A stretch of DNA of 64,000 nt, from the NCBI GenBank assembly GCA_964234715.1, contig OZ174277.1; one strand, written 5' to 3'. Both the position numbers and the translations under genes were made by a program. The stretch comes from Podarcis melisellensis. Lineage: Eukaryota. The notes below the pieces were generated by a model that saw only the letters and a list, made by a program, of their open reading frames with translations, had not been told where the DNA came from and searched no databases. Shown here piece by piece: positions 27,191-38,586 of the stretch (position 1 is the stretch's first letter; each line of letters begins with the position of its first letter).

Positions 27191-30100
27191 AAACCTAAAA
27201 CAAATACATTTCTCACAGTCGTAGAAACCCCAACATATATCCACGACAATACCATGGTGCTACTTGCAGTTGCAGTATGAAAGAACAAGTGAATTGGGAG
27301 AAGTTAATGAGGCAGGAGAGCATCTGTTTACAAGAAGGTCACCATAACTGGAAAATATTCCACCCGTGCAGGCAGCTCACAGCACACAATGCATGTGATC
27401 TATCAGGGAGGGCATTTATGAGGTGCACTGGTCCCACAATATACGCCTGCTAAGAAGCAGCCTATGTATGATAGCAGTATTATCTTGGGTAAATAAAAGA
27501 ATATTTCTGGTACTGGGCTCTTTGAAGAGATAAAAGGAGCCACTGGCCCTTTCCTGGCTCTGGCAGTGCCTGCGTTACTCAAGCTATACCTCTGTAGCTT
27601 GGCTCCTCTCTCTGGTACTGGCTTTGCAAGGATCTCTGTTTCAATTGCCCCCAGACATGCAGCAATGCCAGGTCTAACCACAGAAAGAAATGAAGGAAAA
27701 TACAAATGGAAAACAGAGAGGGGTTAAAGAAACCACAGGTAAGAACACTGTACTTGGCGGTACAAATAACAAGGAAATGCAGCCTCGCAAGAAATGTTCT
27801 GGATTACCCAGAGTAATAAAGCTGCTCAATGAGGAAAACAGGGCACTGCTAGAGAATGGGGAGCTTACAGTTTCTCCATTATTAAACGCAAGGCAAACTC
27901 TGTTCTTTGTAACCATATAAAGTCAAACTGAATTGTTCATCCAGCCAGGCATTTAAATATATGCATTTGCATGACTTCACTTTATAAAAACTGACTAAAG
28001 AAGAAAGCATATATAACTGATACAACAACACAAACACAACAGCTCCCACTACTCTGGTTTGGAGCATCAAATTATTGTCACAACGAAAGCTTCATGGTTT
28101 TGAATGTGCAGGCAACAGCTTTGCCCTCTCCCCATCCACAGATCTATGTAAACCTATTGTTTAGGGAAGCCCTGTTTAGGAAAGTTTCTAATGTTTGACA
28201 TTTTAAGCAACGGCTGTATAGCATCAGACCCAGCTCTAATTCTGCCCAGCATAGTGTGTAAAACAACACTGTTTCACATTATCACACAGAGACCAGGTGT
28301 GCCACAAGTCTCCATTGAACAACAAGCAGTCTTCATCTGAGGGACATATCTAAAAAAATAACATGTGAAGGGGTTTATAGAAATAGCACAAACAATATGA
28401 GAAAGCAACAATCTGCTGAAAATATGGTTATGTGCTTGGGGGAGAGTGTCAGTATGGATGGAGTCCCCTTCCAGAACCTGTGATCCCGTATCTGTGAGGG
28501 TAGAAAGTACAACAAGGGAAAGCTTGCCAAACCAATTCCTTTGTCAAGGTAATGGCTTTGGCTGGCTAGTTAAGTACCACGATTTATGAGTCCAAAGAGG
28601 TTGACATAGAAATCAATGGGTGGGCCTTTCATGGGGGGAAGAGTGCTAGCTGGAGTTATGTGTGAGTGAGATGAAAGCAGGCTGGAAACTGGAAACACAG
28701 AGACAGGTTTTGTTCTGTGCTGGACTTTGGGGGCTCCCCTGGAAACCCGAGGAAAAGCAAAATGTATGGAAATGCCAGTGCTGTGAGTCCCTCCATCCTA
28801 TGCTCAAGTTGCACATATGTGTAAATAACACCATATATCCTAAAGACACCAGTGACTCTGCTGACCTCCACTCAAAGGAAACTTAGCCCTGGGTAAATGC
28901 AGAAACCCCAGAGTCTTTTGCTGCTCAGAGATGGGGTGCATTTCTCAGCTAATTTTCATGTTATGGGACGTAGGCTGCATTCACATGGCAGTTTACTCTA
29001 TTCCCCCCAATGTTTCCCTACCCATTAATTTCTGCGTTGTATTTCAGCTTTCACATGATGTAAAAGTCACTTTTGGAAAACTAATGCAATGCAGTGTATG
29101 TTTAGCATGTGATTTTTATTTATTTAGCCTTTCACATGACATAGGGAGCAAAAGGAAATGTAGAAGCAGAGAAGGACTGGTCACTGCTTTTGGAGGTTCA
29201 CCTTTGACTCTGGCATCCAAGCAACAACCTTGTATGTAGGTGCTAACCACAGCGTAAGACTCAAGAGAAAATAATACATTTCACAGTAATCAGACAGACT
29301 GAAATGTAGACATTTAAGCAAGCAAAATAACATTTCCCCCCTTAAGCCACTATTTAAAAAAGAATGACAGAACTACTTAGGAATCTGAGCTGTTGGCTAG
29401 GACCAATAAACCTCTAGGCGATGTCCTCAAAGTTTAGAGCTGGGCTCCCTGGAGTGGCCACACCAGTTGCTGGGAGAGGGACATGCTTTTATCTAAGCAC
29501 ATATTCGGGCCTCATAAAAAGGAATCAGTAGATTTCATCAAACTACTAGGATTCTACTGGATCAGCCCGTATCTTCAGAAGCATTTTGCTTCTTAAGGAT
29601 CCTTCTCCCATCATCCTTAAAGCATCCAACGGGCTTAAGTGACCTCTGTCCTCCCCACCCTTCCGTTCTGACCTGCTTGGTCTCAACAGGATAAAAGACA
29701 CACCTTAATTATGTGTATGTGGCACTAAAGAACAAAGCTACATGGGAGCCAGGGTACCATCTTAGAAATCTAGGTCAAATTCCATGGCATATGAGGCAGT
29801 CGAGTAGACTTGCATCTGAGCACCTACAGGGTGATTTTCCCCACAGTGCTTAGATTCTGTAACCGTCTCTCATATATTTCATGTCAATAGGGCAGAAGCC
29901 TGGTCTACACACTTAGTGAAGTCCAGAGGAAGTAAAATGGATTTGTATGGCTTCAGGATGTGGTTGGGAGACTATATTTTGCCATCTTGGAACATTTAAT
30001 GCCCTCAAGCACAGGAAAACAAACATAGCATAGGAAGGAAAAATCCCTGCTAAGTAGCACAGCAGGGAGCAGGCTGAGCATGATCCTTCTCTCTCCAGGG

Positions 30101-30493
30101 TGCTATTTTTTAACTCGCAGGATTTTTTGTACATTGGAGAGCATCCCAAAACCAGCAACATGAATTGGTACAGTCTACTCAGATTCTACCACCACATTTT
30201 TTGGAACGTATGGATCACACTGGAGCCTCCAGTTCAGAATGTGTGGTTGTGGGCTTGAGCAGTTGGAACCAGCAAGGCAGCAGGATGGGAGCACAGCATA
30301 TTCTGGTATACCACCTGCATGCCTTCTCCTTTCTGTGTGTGGAGTACACACCTGAGGAGCATGTATATGTGTCTCCATACACCTCACTCCATTTAAGACG
30401 CCTGTTCAAAGATTCCAAGTTGGGTCTTGGGCATTCACTTCTCCAAGCCAAAAGAAGGACCTGTTCCCTTACCAACCTGCCTATGCATTAAGG

Positions 30494-30818
30494 CAGGGGG
30501 GGGGAAGCTTCAGCCTGAGGGCCAAATTCCCTTCTGGGAAATCTTCCTAGGGACAAATGCCAGTGGCAATAGTGAACAGAGCAACACATGCAAATTTTAC
30601 TTTTGCACAGCAAGCTAATTCCTACGCACATTCTCTGCCCTCTACCCCGGAAAGCAAGTAACATTTTCAAAGTACAAGGACCCATTCCAGCCAAGCAAAA
30701 ACATATCGAGGTGGCAATAGAGTCAGCAACGGATGTAGCCTAGGAAGAGTCCCAAGGGCCTGATAGAGAGGCCAGCAGCACCACATTTGGTCCCCAGGGG
30801 TGGGGCTCCCCATCCCTG
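30494..30818. mobile_element. hAT-type MITE
   Basis: Ends cagggg.../...catccctg, with 8-bp TSD cattaagg/tattaagg (one mismatch). Confidence 0.65.
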
Positions 30819-32490
30819 TATTAAGGATTTCCCCCAGGTGGCATCTGAGATGAACGCTGAGCCAAATATCTCAGTGACATCTGAGATGTGGCAGGTGGAA
30901 AATGGAGAGAGGGAGGATTAATGCTGGTTGGCCATCTTAGGCACAGCCCATCAGCCAGATGCAACAACAAAACAGAAAAGGAAAATAGCAGGTACCACAG
31001 ATAATTTGATGGCTTGATTTCCAGGTGATTTCTCCAAGATCCTGGCTAAATAGGAGCAAGTTTAATAGATAATGATTAAACAGACTTATTTCAAGTTTAA
31101 CATAGTTTTGGGGGGAGCTGGGGGTTTGTTCACATTCAGCTACTGATAATTCCAAAGGAGGGACACATACCCTCTTTCTCTTTGTGCATTAGTGACTTTA
31201 TGGCCAAGGTGGCAAACCTATGTCCCCCCAAATGTTACAGGACTTCAACTCTCATCATCACTGCCCACCGGGCATGTTAGCTGGGGGATGATGGGCATTG
31301 TAGTAGTATTACAATTGCTACATCCACAGCACTTAAGGAGGAAAAGAGACACTTAGGGAGACAGGATTATGGAACAGAATCATCTCAAGAAACTGAGGGG
31401 AATAAAAAACAGTTAATTACTCAGCACTCAAAGGTTAAACCGGATGGAAGATCCTTTAGCTCCAGTGTAAGTGGCTAAGGCCCCTAGATTTCATTTCCCA
31501 TAAAATAAAGTAGGAGAGAATTAAGCGTCCATTATCTAGAAGCCACAAGAAGTTTAGATCAGGCCTGCTGAAACACTCCAATTTAAGAGCTCAGTGATCA
31601 CAGATATGGACTTCTGGGTTGTGATCCAAAGCCCCAAATGATCTGCACACACAGATATTTCTGCATCACACGGGCCGAACGTTCTCCAGCACACAGGATC
31701 AGAACTCCTGGATTGCTCCTCTGATGCAGAAGAACCCACTAATCAATGTTTTTAAGAACCAGAGCTAACAGCATCTTATCTGTATTAAAGAAACCAAAAC
31801 CGACAGACAGAGAAACAAAAAACCTCAGCTACCCCACATGGCCCAAAAGAAAGAATGTAGTTCCTGGAGACTCTGTTCTGCATCCCCAGTTCACACTGAT
31901 GCCATGTACAGTATGCATCCAAAGCAAAGCCAGATCTCAAGGCGGCTTTGAAGGGAACACTGACACATCTAAGCCAGGACACCACTGCACCGCTAAATTT
32001 CAAAATAGATTGGAATGGCTGATTCAATGTGATGTGGGAGAGTGGAGCGAGAGGGAGAAGAAACATATAATCAGAGTATTTTCTAACACTTAACACATTA
32101 GATCTGCTGCGACATGACAGGCACGTCTGTGTTTGCCATGAGTTCATAAATCCCCAGTCAGAAAAGGAGCGCCTCTGCATATTAAATCTGCTGCACAAGT
32201 GTGCAACCTCTGCATCCCAAAATGTTTCTGGGCACAACAAAATATTTGTCAGTATTTGAAAGCATAATGCCTGGCCACCATGGCTGCTTCCAGCACAGCT
32301 AAAGAGGAGGAGATTGGAAGTATCCACTTCCTGGTTTAAAAATAAAAAAGACAATCCATCACTACATTCAAACCAGGCACAGTGGTTAGTTTAAATGATG
32401 GGATAATGAAACAAGCCAGAATCAGAAATTGTGATTTGAATTTGGTTTGTTTCAATAAACCATTGTTTAAACTAATCACAGCTTGCCCTT

Positions 32491-32607
32491 ACAGATAGGT
32501 AGCCGTGTTGGTCTGCCATAGTCAAAACAAAACAAAATCCTTCCAGTAGCACCTTAAAGACCAACTAAGTTAGTTCTTGGTACTGTATGAGCTTTCATGT
32601 GCATGCA
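32491..32607 (-). mobile_element. Penelope-like element terminal fragment with a truncated hammerhead
   Basis: Homologous to 48850-49030. The minus strand begins with only the ...TGCACATGAAAGCTCATAC half of the hammerhead. A 14-bp direct repeat cacagcttgccctt flanks it (32477-32490, 32608-32621). Confidence 0.7.
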
Positions 32608-32866
32608 CACAGCTTGCCCTTGTCAGACATTGACAACAAACCAAGTCTTGTTTAAACATGGAAGCAGAAGAGGTGTGAGGGAACACGTGAGCAACAGGCT
32701 TGCCCAGTTTCAGTCACATAGTGCAGACTATGGCTTTTAGCATCATGTCCACACTGGGCTAAATGTGAAGGGCCAATCCACACACACAGTTCTAGAATCT
32801 CAGGTTCAACCTATGAATTTACCAGCAACAAAGGCTACAAGTTACAAAACATTTTCCATCCATATT

Positions 32867-32892
<26 letters not shown>
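32867..32892. repeat. (CA)n microsatellite
   Basis: Read directly. Confidence 0.95.
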
Positions 32893-32898
<6 letters not shown>

Positions 32899-35601
32899 CT
32901 TAAGAAACCACAGCAGTCAAGACTAGGATGCTGACAACCAACACCAGCAACAGAGGGGAGGACCTGGTGCAACGAGATCTAGGGAGGCTCAGTAGCCCAT
33001 CAAGGACCAACAGCTCCAGAGTTCTGCAAGCCATTTCCTCCCTTCAGCTACTTCCATTTCACACAAATATTGGCACATTGCACAGGCATGCATTTGTAGC
33101 CCATTCCAGAACACAGCTCTTGATTCACTTTCTTCAATGGAAAGGCACCAAAATATGCTTATACCATAAAAGCCAGGCACACGGAGAGGAATATAAATGC
33201 CTAATCGTGGGGTGAACATCCTCCAAGAGAAATCTTGGAAATCGGTGGTCTCGTGAACTCCAACAGATCAAAACCACAATGAGGTCATTTGTTAACTGTG
33301 GAAGAAGACTGCCTTTGGCAGGCTTTCATCCAGTTTGCCTCTGCTGCATTAATAACCTGGGACTTTTGAAATTCATAATGCAAGCCAGTCATTTTCTGAT
33401 AAAAACAGAAGGGGATTATGCACATTTCATCGTATATGACAGTATTAAATGGAGCTTTGAAGCAACGCTGTGGGTCTTGGATAGCTCCCCTGTGTTCTTA
33501 AGCTACTGGCTGCCTAGGTTGGAAGCAAAACCAGCCTCCCTTACCCCTGGTGATAACTCCTTCCTTTCTGCACTGGCATAAATTATATCTTGGAGTCCTT
33601 CTAATAAAATTGAGGCCATCTATTAAAATCAAGAGTTGGAAACTCCACAGCCACAAAGCCTCTGCTCGTTAAAGGCCCACTTCCTATCAATCATCTTGAA
33701 ATAAATTTGAAATGAGATGGGCAGTGCCTTCATCACCAGCCATCAACACACTTCTCTGAAAATGAGATTGCTATTCCCCTCTCTAATTCAGAAGACATTC
33801 AGCACCACAAGTCACAGACTTAAGACAGTAAGTGATAACAATGGGAATGCCTTGTTTCAAACTGTCAAGGACTGCTGACTACTGCCCCATCTGATGAGTC
33901 ATATAAAATGGCAGTCTCTCAGATATGAACCAGATCTGGCTTCACTCATCTAGCTTCACTCCATCTTCCTCCACTGGCCATTGAAAGAGTGTAAAGGACT
34001 TTCTTTTCCATCTAAACCATTCTCGAATAGCAGGGTTTACCTGAAATCTAGTGTGCCTTGCTCCTTGGCCCCAATTCTTCTCTTGTTCTCTGGGTTATCC
34101 TTCGGCTTTCAGTCCTGGATCCTAACTCTCTCCAGATCACAATCAAAGGAAGTATCTCTTGATACCAGTCAAGCAGTCTCTCTTCTACATTCAGCAAGAA
34201 ATAAGTGTGCCATCACTCTAGTTCTTACCGACCACCAAGTAACCGGGTCATCAAGTAAAGCACCTCAAGATTTATTTCTAATGGCATGTAGTATAGCTTT
34301 CTTTTAAATAGCTACAATAAAACAGCAAATGCATTAAAAGAGCTCAATACTGACAGTCTCAGCAGATACAATGGGGAGCCGTTAAAAGAAAATATTTTCA
34401 CACACAGGCATAAATAACATTTAAATTGTTGTTGTTCTTCATGGTACGAAACTCGGAACGTAGATTTTGGGGCAGGAAAATACTGATCTTAATTATCTAA
34501 GACTGGTGGCGGAGATGACAGGGGGTGGGCAAGATCCCTTTGTACAAACAGAAGCTGTTCCACATGCAAGGACTTAGTTGAATACCCCTCTTCACATATC
34601 AAACTACAGAACAACAAAACCAAGTCACCCTCATCAAATACTATTAATCATCCTCACCAAACAAACAAGATATGCAAAGCATCATGCCTCTGCTTCTTTT
34701 CTTCACCCTCTCTCATTTCCGTTTCAACATTGGTATTTAATCCATTGCGCTGAGGAAAAAACACTTTCAGTAGGACTTGAAAACCTTATTATCACCTCAC
34801 TCACTCACCAGAGGTAGAGCCAATCGCCATCATTACCCTTGTGTGTGGTTTTATAGAAGTTTATTTCTATGCCTTCACCTCACATCACTGGAAAAGTGAT
34901 TACGAGAGGCAAGACCTTCTCAGTGATGTTGCCATGGCTCAAAAATACTACCCCCCTGTAAAGAGAATCAGCCCTGTTTAGACAGAAACTGAACAGGCAT
35001 TATAATGTTTAACTCCTTGTTGCTCTGATATTGATTCCTAGACTAATTATTTGTAGTTCTTATGGTGCTTATGGTCATTATTATATGGCTATAAAATGTT
35101 TCAGGAACTATATTGTATTCATTGCACTGCATGTTAAATTGTAATCTGCTCTGAGTGCTCTAAGGGCAGAAGAGTGGGATATAAATACATAACAACAAAA
35201 GCAGAAACACTCATATCTTCCAGGTCATCTCTTGAGTAGGCAGCCCTTTGCTGAATTTTCATATAGGCTCCAATAGGAGAATCAGCTCTCCAATTACTGT
35301 GAACCCCAAGGACTGTGAAGAATGTGGGCAATGTGTGAGAGCAGAAGGGGAAGGAGGGGGAAAATGAACTATACAGGCAGTGCTATTTTTGAGCTCAGCT
35401 TTTCCCATCAGTCCTGTTAACTTTTCTACAGCAGATAGAAAATGCTGGACTAGTCTGGGGGAAAGCCACACGGGTGGATAATTGCCTCTTTCAATTTATG
35501 AAGACCACAGAGTCTCATATTCCATGTTAGCTCGCCTTCTGATGTAACAGCGACTGTCATAAGTTGTTCTGATTAATAGTCGGCGCTGTAGGAATTAAGG
35601 G

Positions 35602-35814
35602 AAAGCGTGTTCTCCCTAAAAGAGAGCACGTGTTGCGGATGGGGCCAGGCAAAACCCAGGTTGCCAAGCATGATTAGATAGGAGGGGCTTGGAGCAGTTT
35701 GGATATTGGTGTTGCTGAGGATAAATTGATGTTGCCAATTTAGGGGTGGGATTAGTGGCTATTTAAGTAAGGTTCACAGCTTTCTCTTTCTCTTTTGCTG
35801 TGAACATCGGATCT
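35602..35814 (+). repeat. Split direct repeat A1 (213 bp)
   Basis: Identical by eye to 42141-42353. Confidence 0.95.
35705..35766 (+). promoter_or_regulatory. Putative Pol II promoter in repeat A
   Basis: ATTGG at 35705, GCCAAT at 35734, GGGGTGGG at 35743 and TATTTAA at 35760-35766, followed about 25 nt later by a pyrimidine-rich initiator-like tract. Confidence 0.6.
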
Positions 35815-36742
35815 TCAACACCGGAGTGGATCGGCAAAAGAGTTGGTTGTATAAACCCTTGTTCCTTTTCTTCCTCTTCCTTCGTTTCTATCTATTTCTT
35901 ATTTACTTATCCTCCCTGCTAATTCACCCTTCTATTTAATTCACCTCCTCTTATTTTCTAATTGTTGATTTGGGACTCTCATTGGGGGGGGGAGCCTCAC
36001 GGTCCCGGGGGGGGCTTACGGCCCGGTTCTCGGCCGAGCCACTAGACCCTGGACGGGAGTTTGGCCCCTTGCAGGCTGTTGTTTCATATTTTAACCTCCC
36101 CACCCCCCCCAACCTGCATCCGCAGCTGCGTGCGCTGGAGCCTGACGCGGCTGGCTTCGGCCCGGTCGGGCCTCCTCCGTTGCGGCTGCCCAGGCTTCTC
36201 CGCGGCTCACTCGGCCCGGCTGGGCCCGCGCCGCTTCCTCCCACCCCACCCCCTTCCCGCGACTGGGGCCTGTGAGCGCCAGGGGCCTCCTCGGGCCTAC
36301 TCGGCCCTGTCGGGCCTGCGTTGGCCCGGGGACCGGCAGCGGCCTGTGCGGCCCGGCCCCGCCCACCTCCGCTAGGCGCCGGGTGCTGGGATCGGTTGGC
36401 GCGGCCTAGCGGGGCCTGCCCTGCCGGGCCTTCCTTCCACGGCCGCCCCCCCCGTTTAGGAGCGGGCTCCAGGCGGGAGCCGCTGGGGCAGGTAACGACT
36501 TGCCTGGCGTCGGTGTTGGCGGCGCGCTCCTTCCGCGATCGCGGGCCGGGGTTTCGTGCGCTTGAGCCCTGCAGGCCTTTAGGCGATCTGGGGGCTCCCG
36601 GCCGCTCTTGAGCCCCTTCCTCCCCCTTCCCACCATCTCCGCCCCTGTGGTTTTGGGGGGGCGCCGGGTTGGGGACTGGTGGTGATCCTCCATTTTTCAG
36701 GTAATTTGGCGGGAGCGCCATTTTGTTGTGTTCAGGCCTGCA

Positions 36743-36841
36743 GCGCCATCTAGTGGGCCAGCTCCGTAACTGCAGCCGGCTGAGAGCTAGTGCTGGCCCA
36801 ACCTGAGTGGAGCCCTCTAGTGGCTACCTCTTGCATTGCAG
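36743..36841 (-). promoter_or_regulatory. Two tandem CTCF-like sites with upstream motif in the element leader
   Basis: The minus strand reads CTGCAGTT-acggagctggc-CCACTAGATGGCGC and CTGCAATG-caagaggtag-CCACTAGAGGGCTC. Confidence 0.65.
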
Positions 36842-37059
36842 TGTAATTTGTTACTACCCTTGCTATCTGTGGATTTGCTTTTCAGCTGATTAAGCTGCTT
36901 ACATTTTGAGGTCAAAGCCTTGGTCTAAATTGGGTCGTTACTTACCTACTGGTCAATTAATTGCTGAATATTAATTTTATTTGTATTGATTTGCTTAGTT
37001 CAATTTTATTGTTTCTTTGAATAATTTTAATTTTGTTTTATTTTACGCCAGTAGTAGGA

Positions 37060-38586
37060 ATGGCTCCAAAAAAGGCTACAAAGAAGTCTGGTCCGCCCCT
37101 CTCTGCGAAACGGCCCATAAGGGGCCCGTCTCAAGCTCTTCGCTCTCCTGCGCCTGGTCAGTCGTTGCAGCGCATTCAAACCATGGTCTCCAGTTTGGCC
37201 GGCGACCCAGTGGCATTGGCAAGGGTGGAGGCCGAGATGGATGGCCTGCTACACCGCGCCTCCACCCCTTCGACTTCATCAGCAAGGCTGGTTCCTCCTG
37301 CGGGTACCGCGTCCCCAGTGTTGTCATCCAGTGAAGACGAGAGAGAGGCATCATTTGCCGGGGGTGTTCTTCCAAATACGCAGTTGGCTCGGTCGCTGGT
37401 TTTACCTGCCCCGCAGGTCTCTGTGGCTAGGGGTCGTGGCCGGTCCAGGGCCGGGACCAGGAGAAGGGAATCAACCCGGGGACGTGCGGCGCGGGTTTCC
37501 CCCGCGCAGCCTCCAGTAGCAAGTAGGGCAGTGCCGGGGCATTCACAAGTTGTCTCTTTCCAGTCATCTCCAGGCGCTGGGCAGCAGGGCGATGTGTCTG
37601 AGTCTTCAGTAGAGGACAGCCTCCCCCCACCTCCAAAGACCTCTTCTGGAGGGCATCGCCGCCGCAAGAAGAGGTCCAAGAAGCGTGCCAAGCGGAGACG
37701 AAGGGACACCTCGTCGTCTTCTTCAGGTACATCTTCTCAGACTTCTAGTAGCGATGAGGAGGCGTCCTTGAAACTTTATTGGGGTTTTGGAGAGGCCTCG
37801 GGGCTCCCAAAGTGGGTTTGGGAGAGGAGGGCGAACTCCCACAGGGCCAGGTACGGGGCAGTACAAGAGTGTTTGGATGGAGTGTTGGTACCTGAGGTAA
37901 GGGTATCCACCAATTCAGCCAGGGATCTTATCCCAGGGTCACATCTGTCCGCCACATTACGGTCCAGGATCTTGAATGGGCGTTATGTGGATATTTTTAG
38001 CTTGGCCCCCCCTCTCGAGGGCCAGGAGCCCCTGGATAAGGGCTTGCCTCCAGCTAATAAACGTTCGATCTTAGCAAAAGCGGACAGGAATTTTGAGCGT
38101 TGGTTGGATAGTTTCCAGGTTTTTGCTGGAGTGGTTTCCGCGGCTTATCCCAGGAGGTCTTTGCACTTGTGGGTTTATCAGTCCATAGTCCGCTCGGCCT
38201 TTACTATGGCCGGGGAAGCTGCCGCTCTGTCCTACGATCAGAATTTTAGACGTAGAGCGGCCAAGATCCCTACTGCCCGCTGGGATCGAAAAGACTTGGA
38301 TGTCTGGACCACTTATGTGGCCCCTAGAATTGATAAGAAAGCCCCTGATACACAGAAGTTTAAGTCGGCCCCAGCGAGACCTGGCCGTAAGCTGGTCTGT
38401 TGGGACTTCAATAAAGGTACTTGTCCGCGGCAATCCTGCAAATATTTGCATGTGTGTGACAAGTGCTCAGGTAACCACGCAGCCTCCACATGTGCCGGCA
38501 GCCGGCGGCCATTTCGGAAAGGGGGAGGCTCACAGCAGCCTCCTAAAGCAGCTTCCCAAGCTCCTGCCACTGGAACAGGGAAGTAG
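37060..38586 (+). CDS. gag: Ngaro ORF1, Gag-like protein with a basic NLS-like tract and a C-terminal Cys/His zinc finger
   Basis: ATG at 37060 (MAPKKATKK), RRRKKRSKKRAKRRRR, YDQNFRRRAA, and CWDFNKGTCPRQSCKYLHVCDKCSGNHAASTC. Confidence 0.9.
   Translation: MAPKKATKKSGPPLSAKRPIRGPSQALRSPAPGQSLQRIQTMVSSLAGDPVALARVEAEMDGLLHRASTPSTSSARLVPPAGTASPVLSSSEDEREASFAGGVLPNTQLARSLVLPAPQVSVARGRGRSRAGTRRRESTRGRAARVSPAQPPVASRAVPGHSQVVSFQSSPGAGQQGDVSESSVEDSLPPPPKTSSGGHRRRKKRSKKRAKRRRRDTSSSSSGTSSQTSSSDEEASLKLYWGFGEASGLPKWVWERRANSHRARYGAVQECLDGVLVPEVRVSTNSARDLIPGSHLSATLRSRILNGRYVDIFSLAPPLEGQEPLDKGLPPANKRSILAKADRNFERWLDSFQVFAGVVSAAYPRRSLHLWVYQSIVRSAFTMAGEAAALSYDQNFRRRAAKIPTARWDRKDLDVWTTYVAPRIDKKAPDTQKFKSAPARPGRKLVCWDFNKGTCPRQSCKYLHVCDKCSGNHAASTCAGSRRPFRKGGGSQQPPKAASQAPATGTGK

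Noticed and set aside
27403-27705. Minus ORF following a polypyrimidine/AG site
   Set aside because: No recognisable homology and no donor; likely chance.
31785-32354. 189-aa minus ORF with a nearby acceptor-like site
   Set aside because: No recognisable protein motif and no matching donor; cannot be supported as a host exon.
35951-36721. 256-aa minus-strand ORF and overlapping ORFs in the Ngaro leader
   Set aside because: Low-complexity Pro/Gly/Arg/Ala translation expected from very GC-rich DNA; no domain motif.
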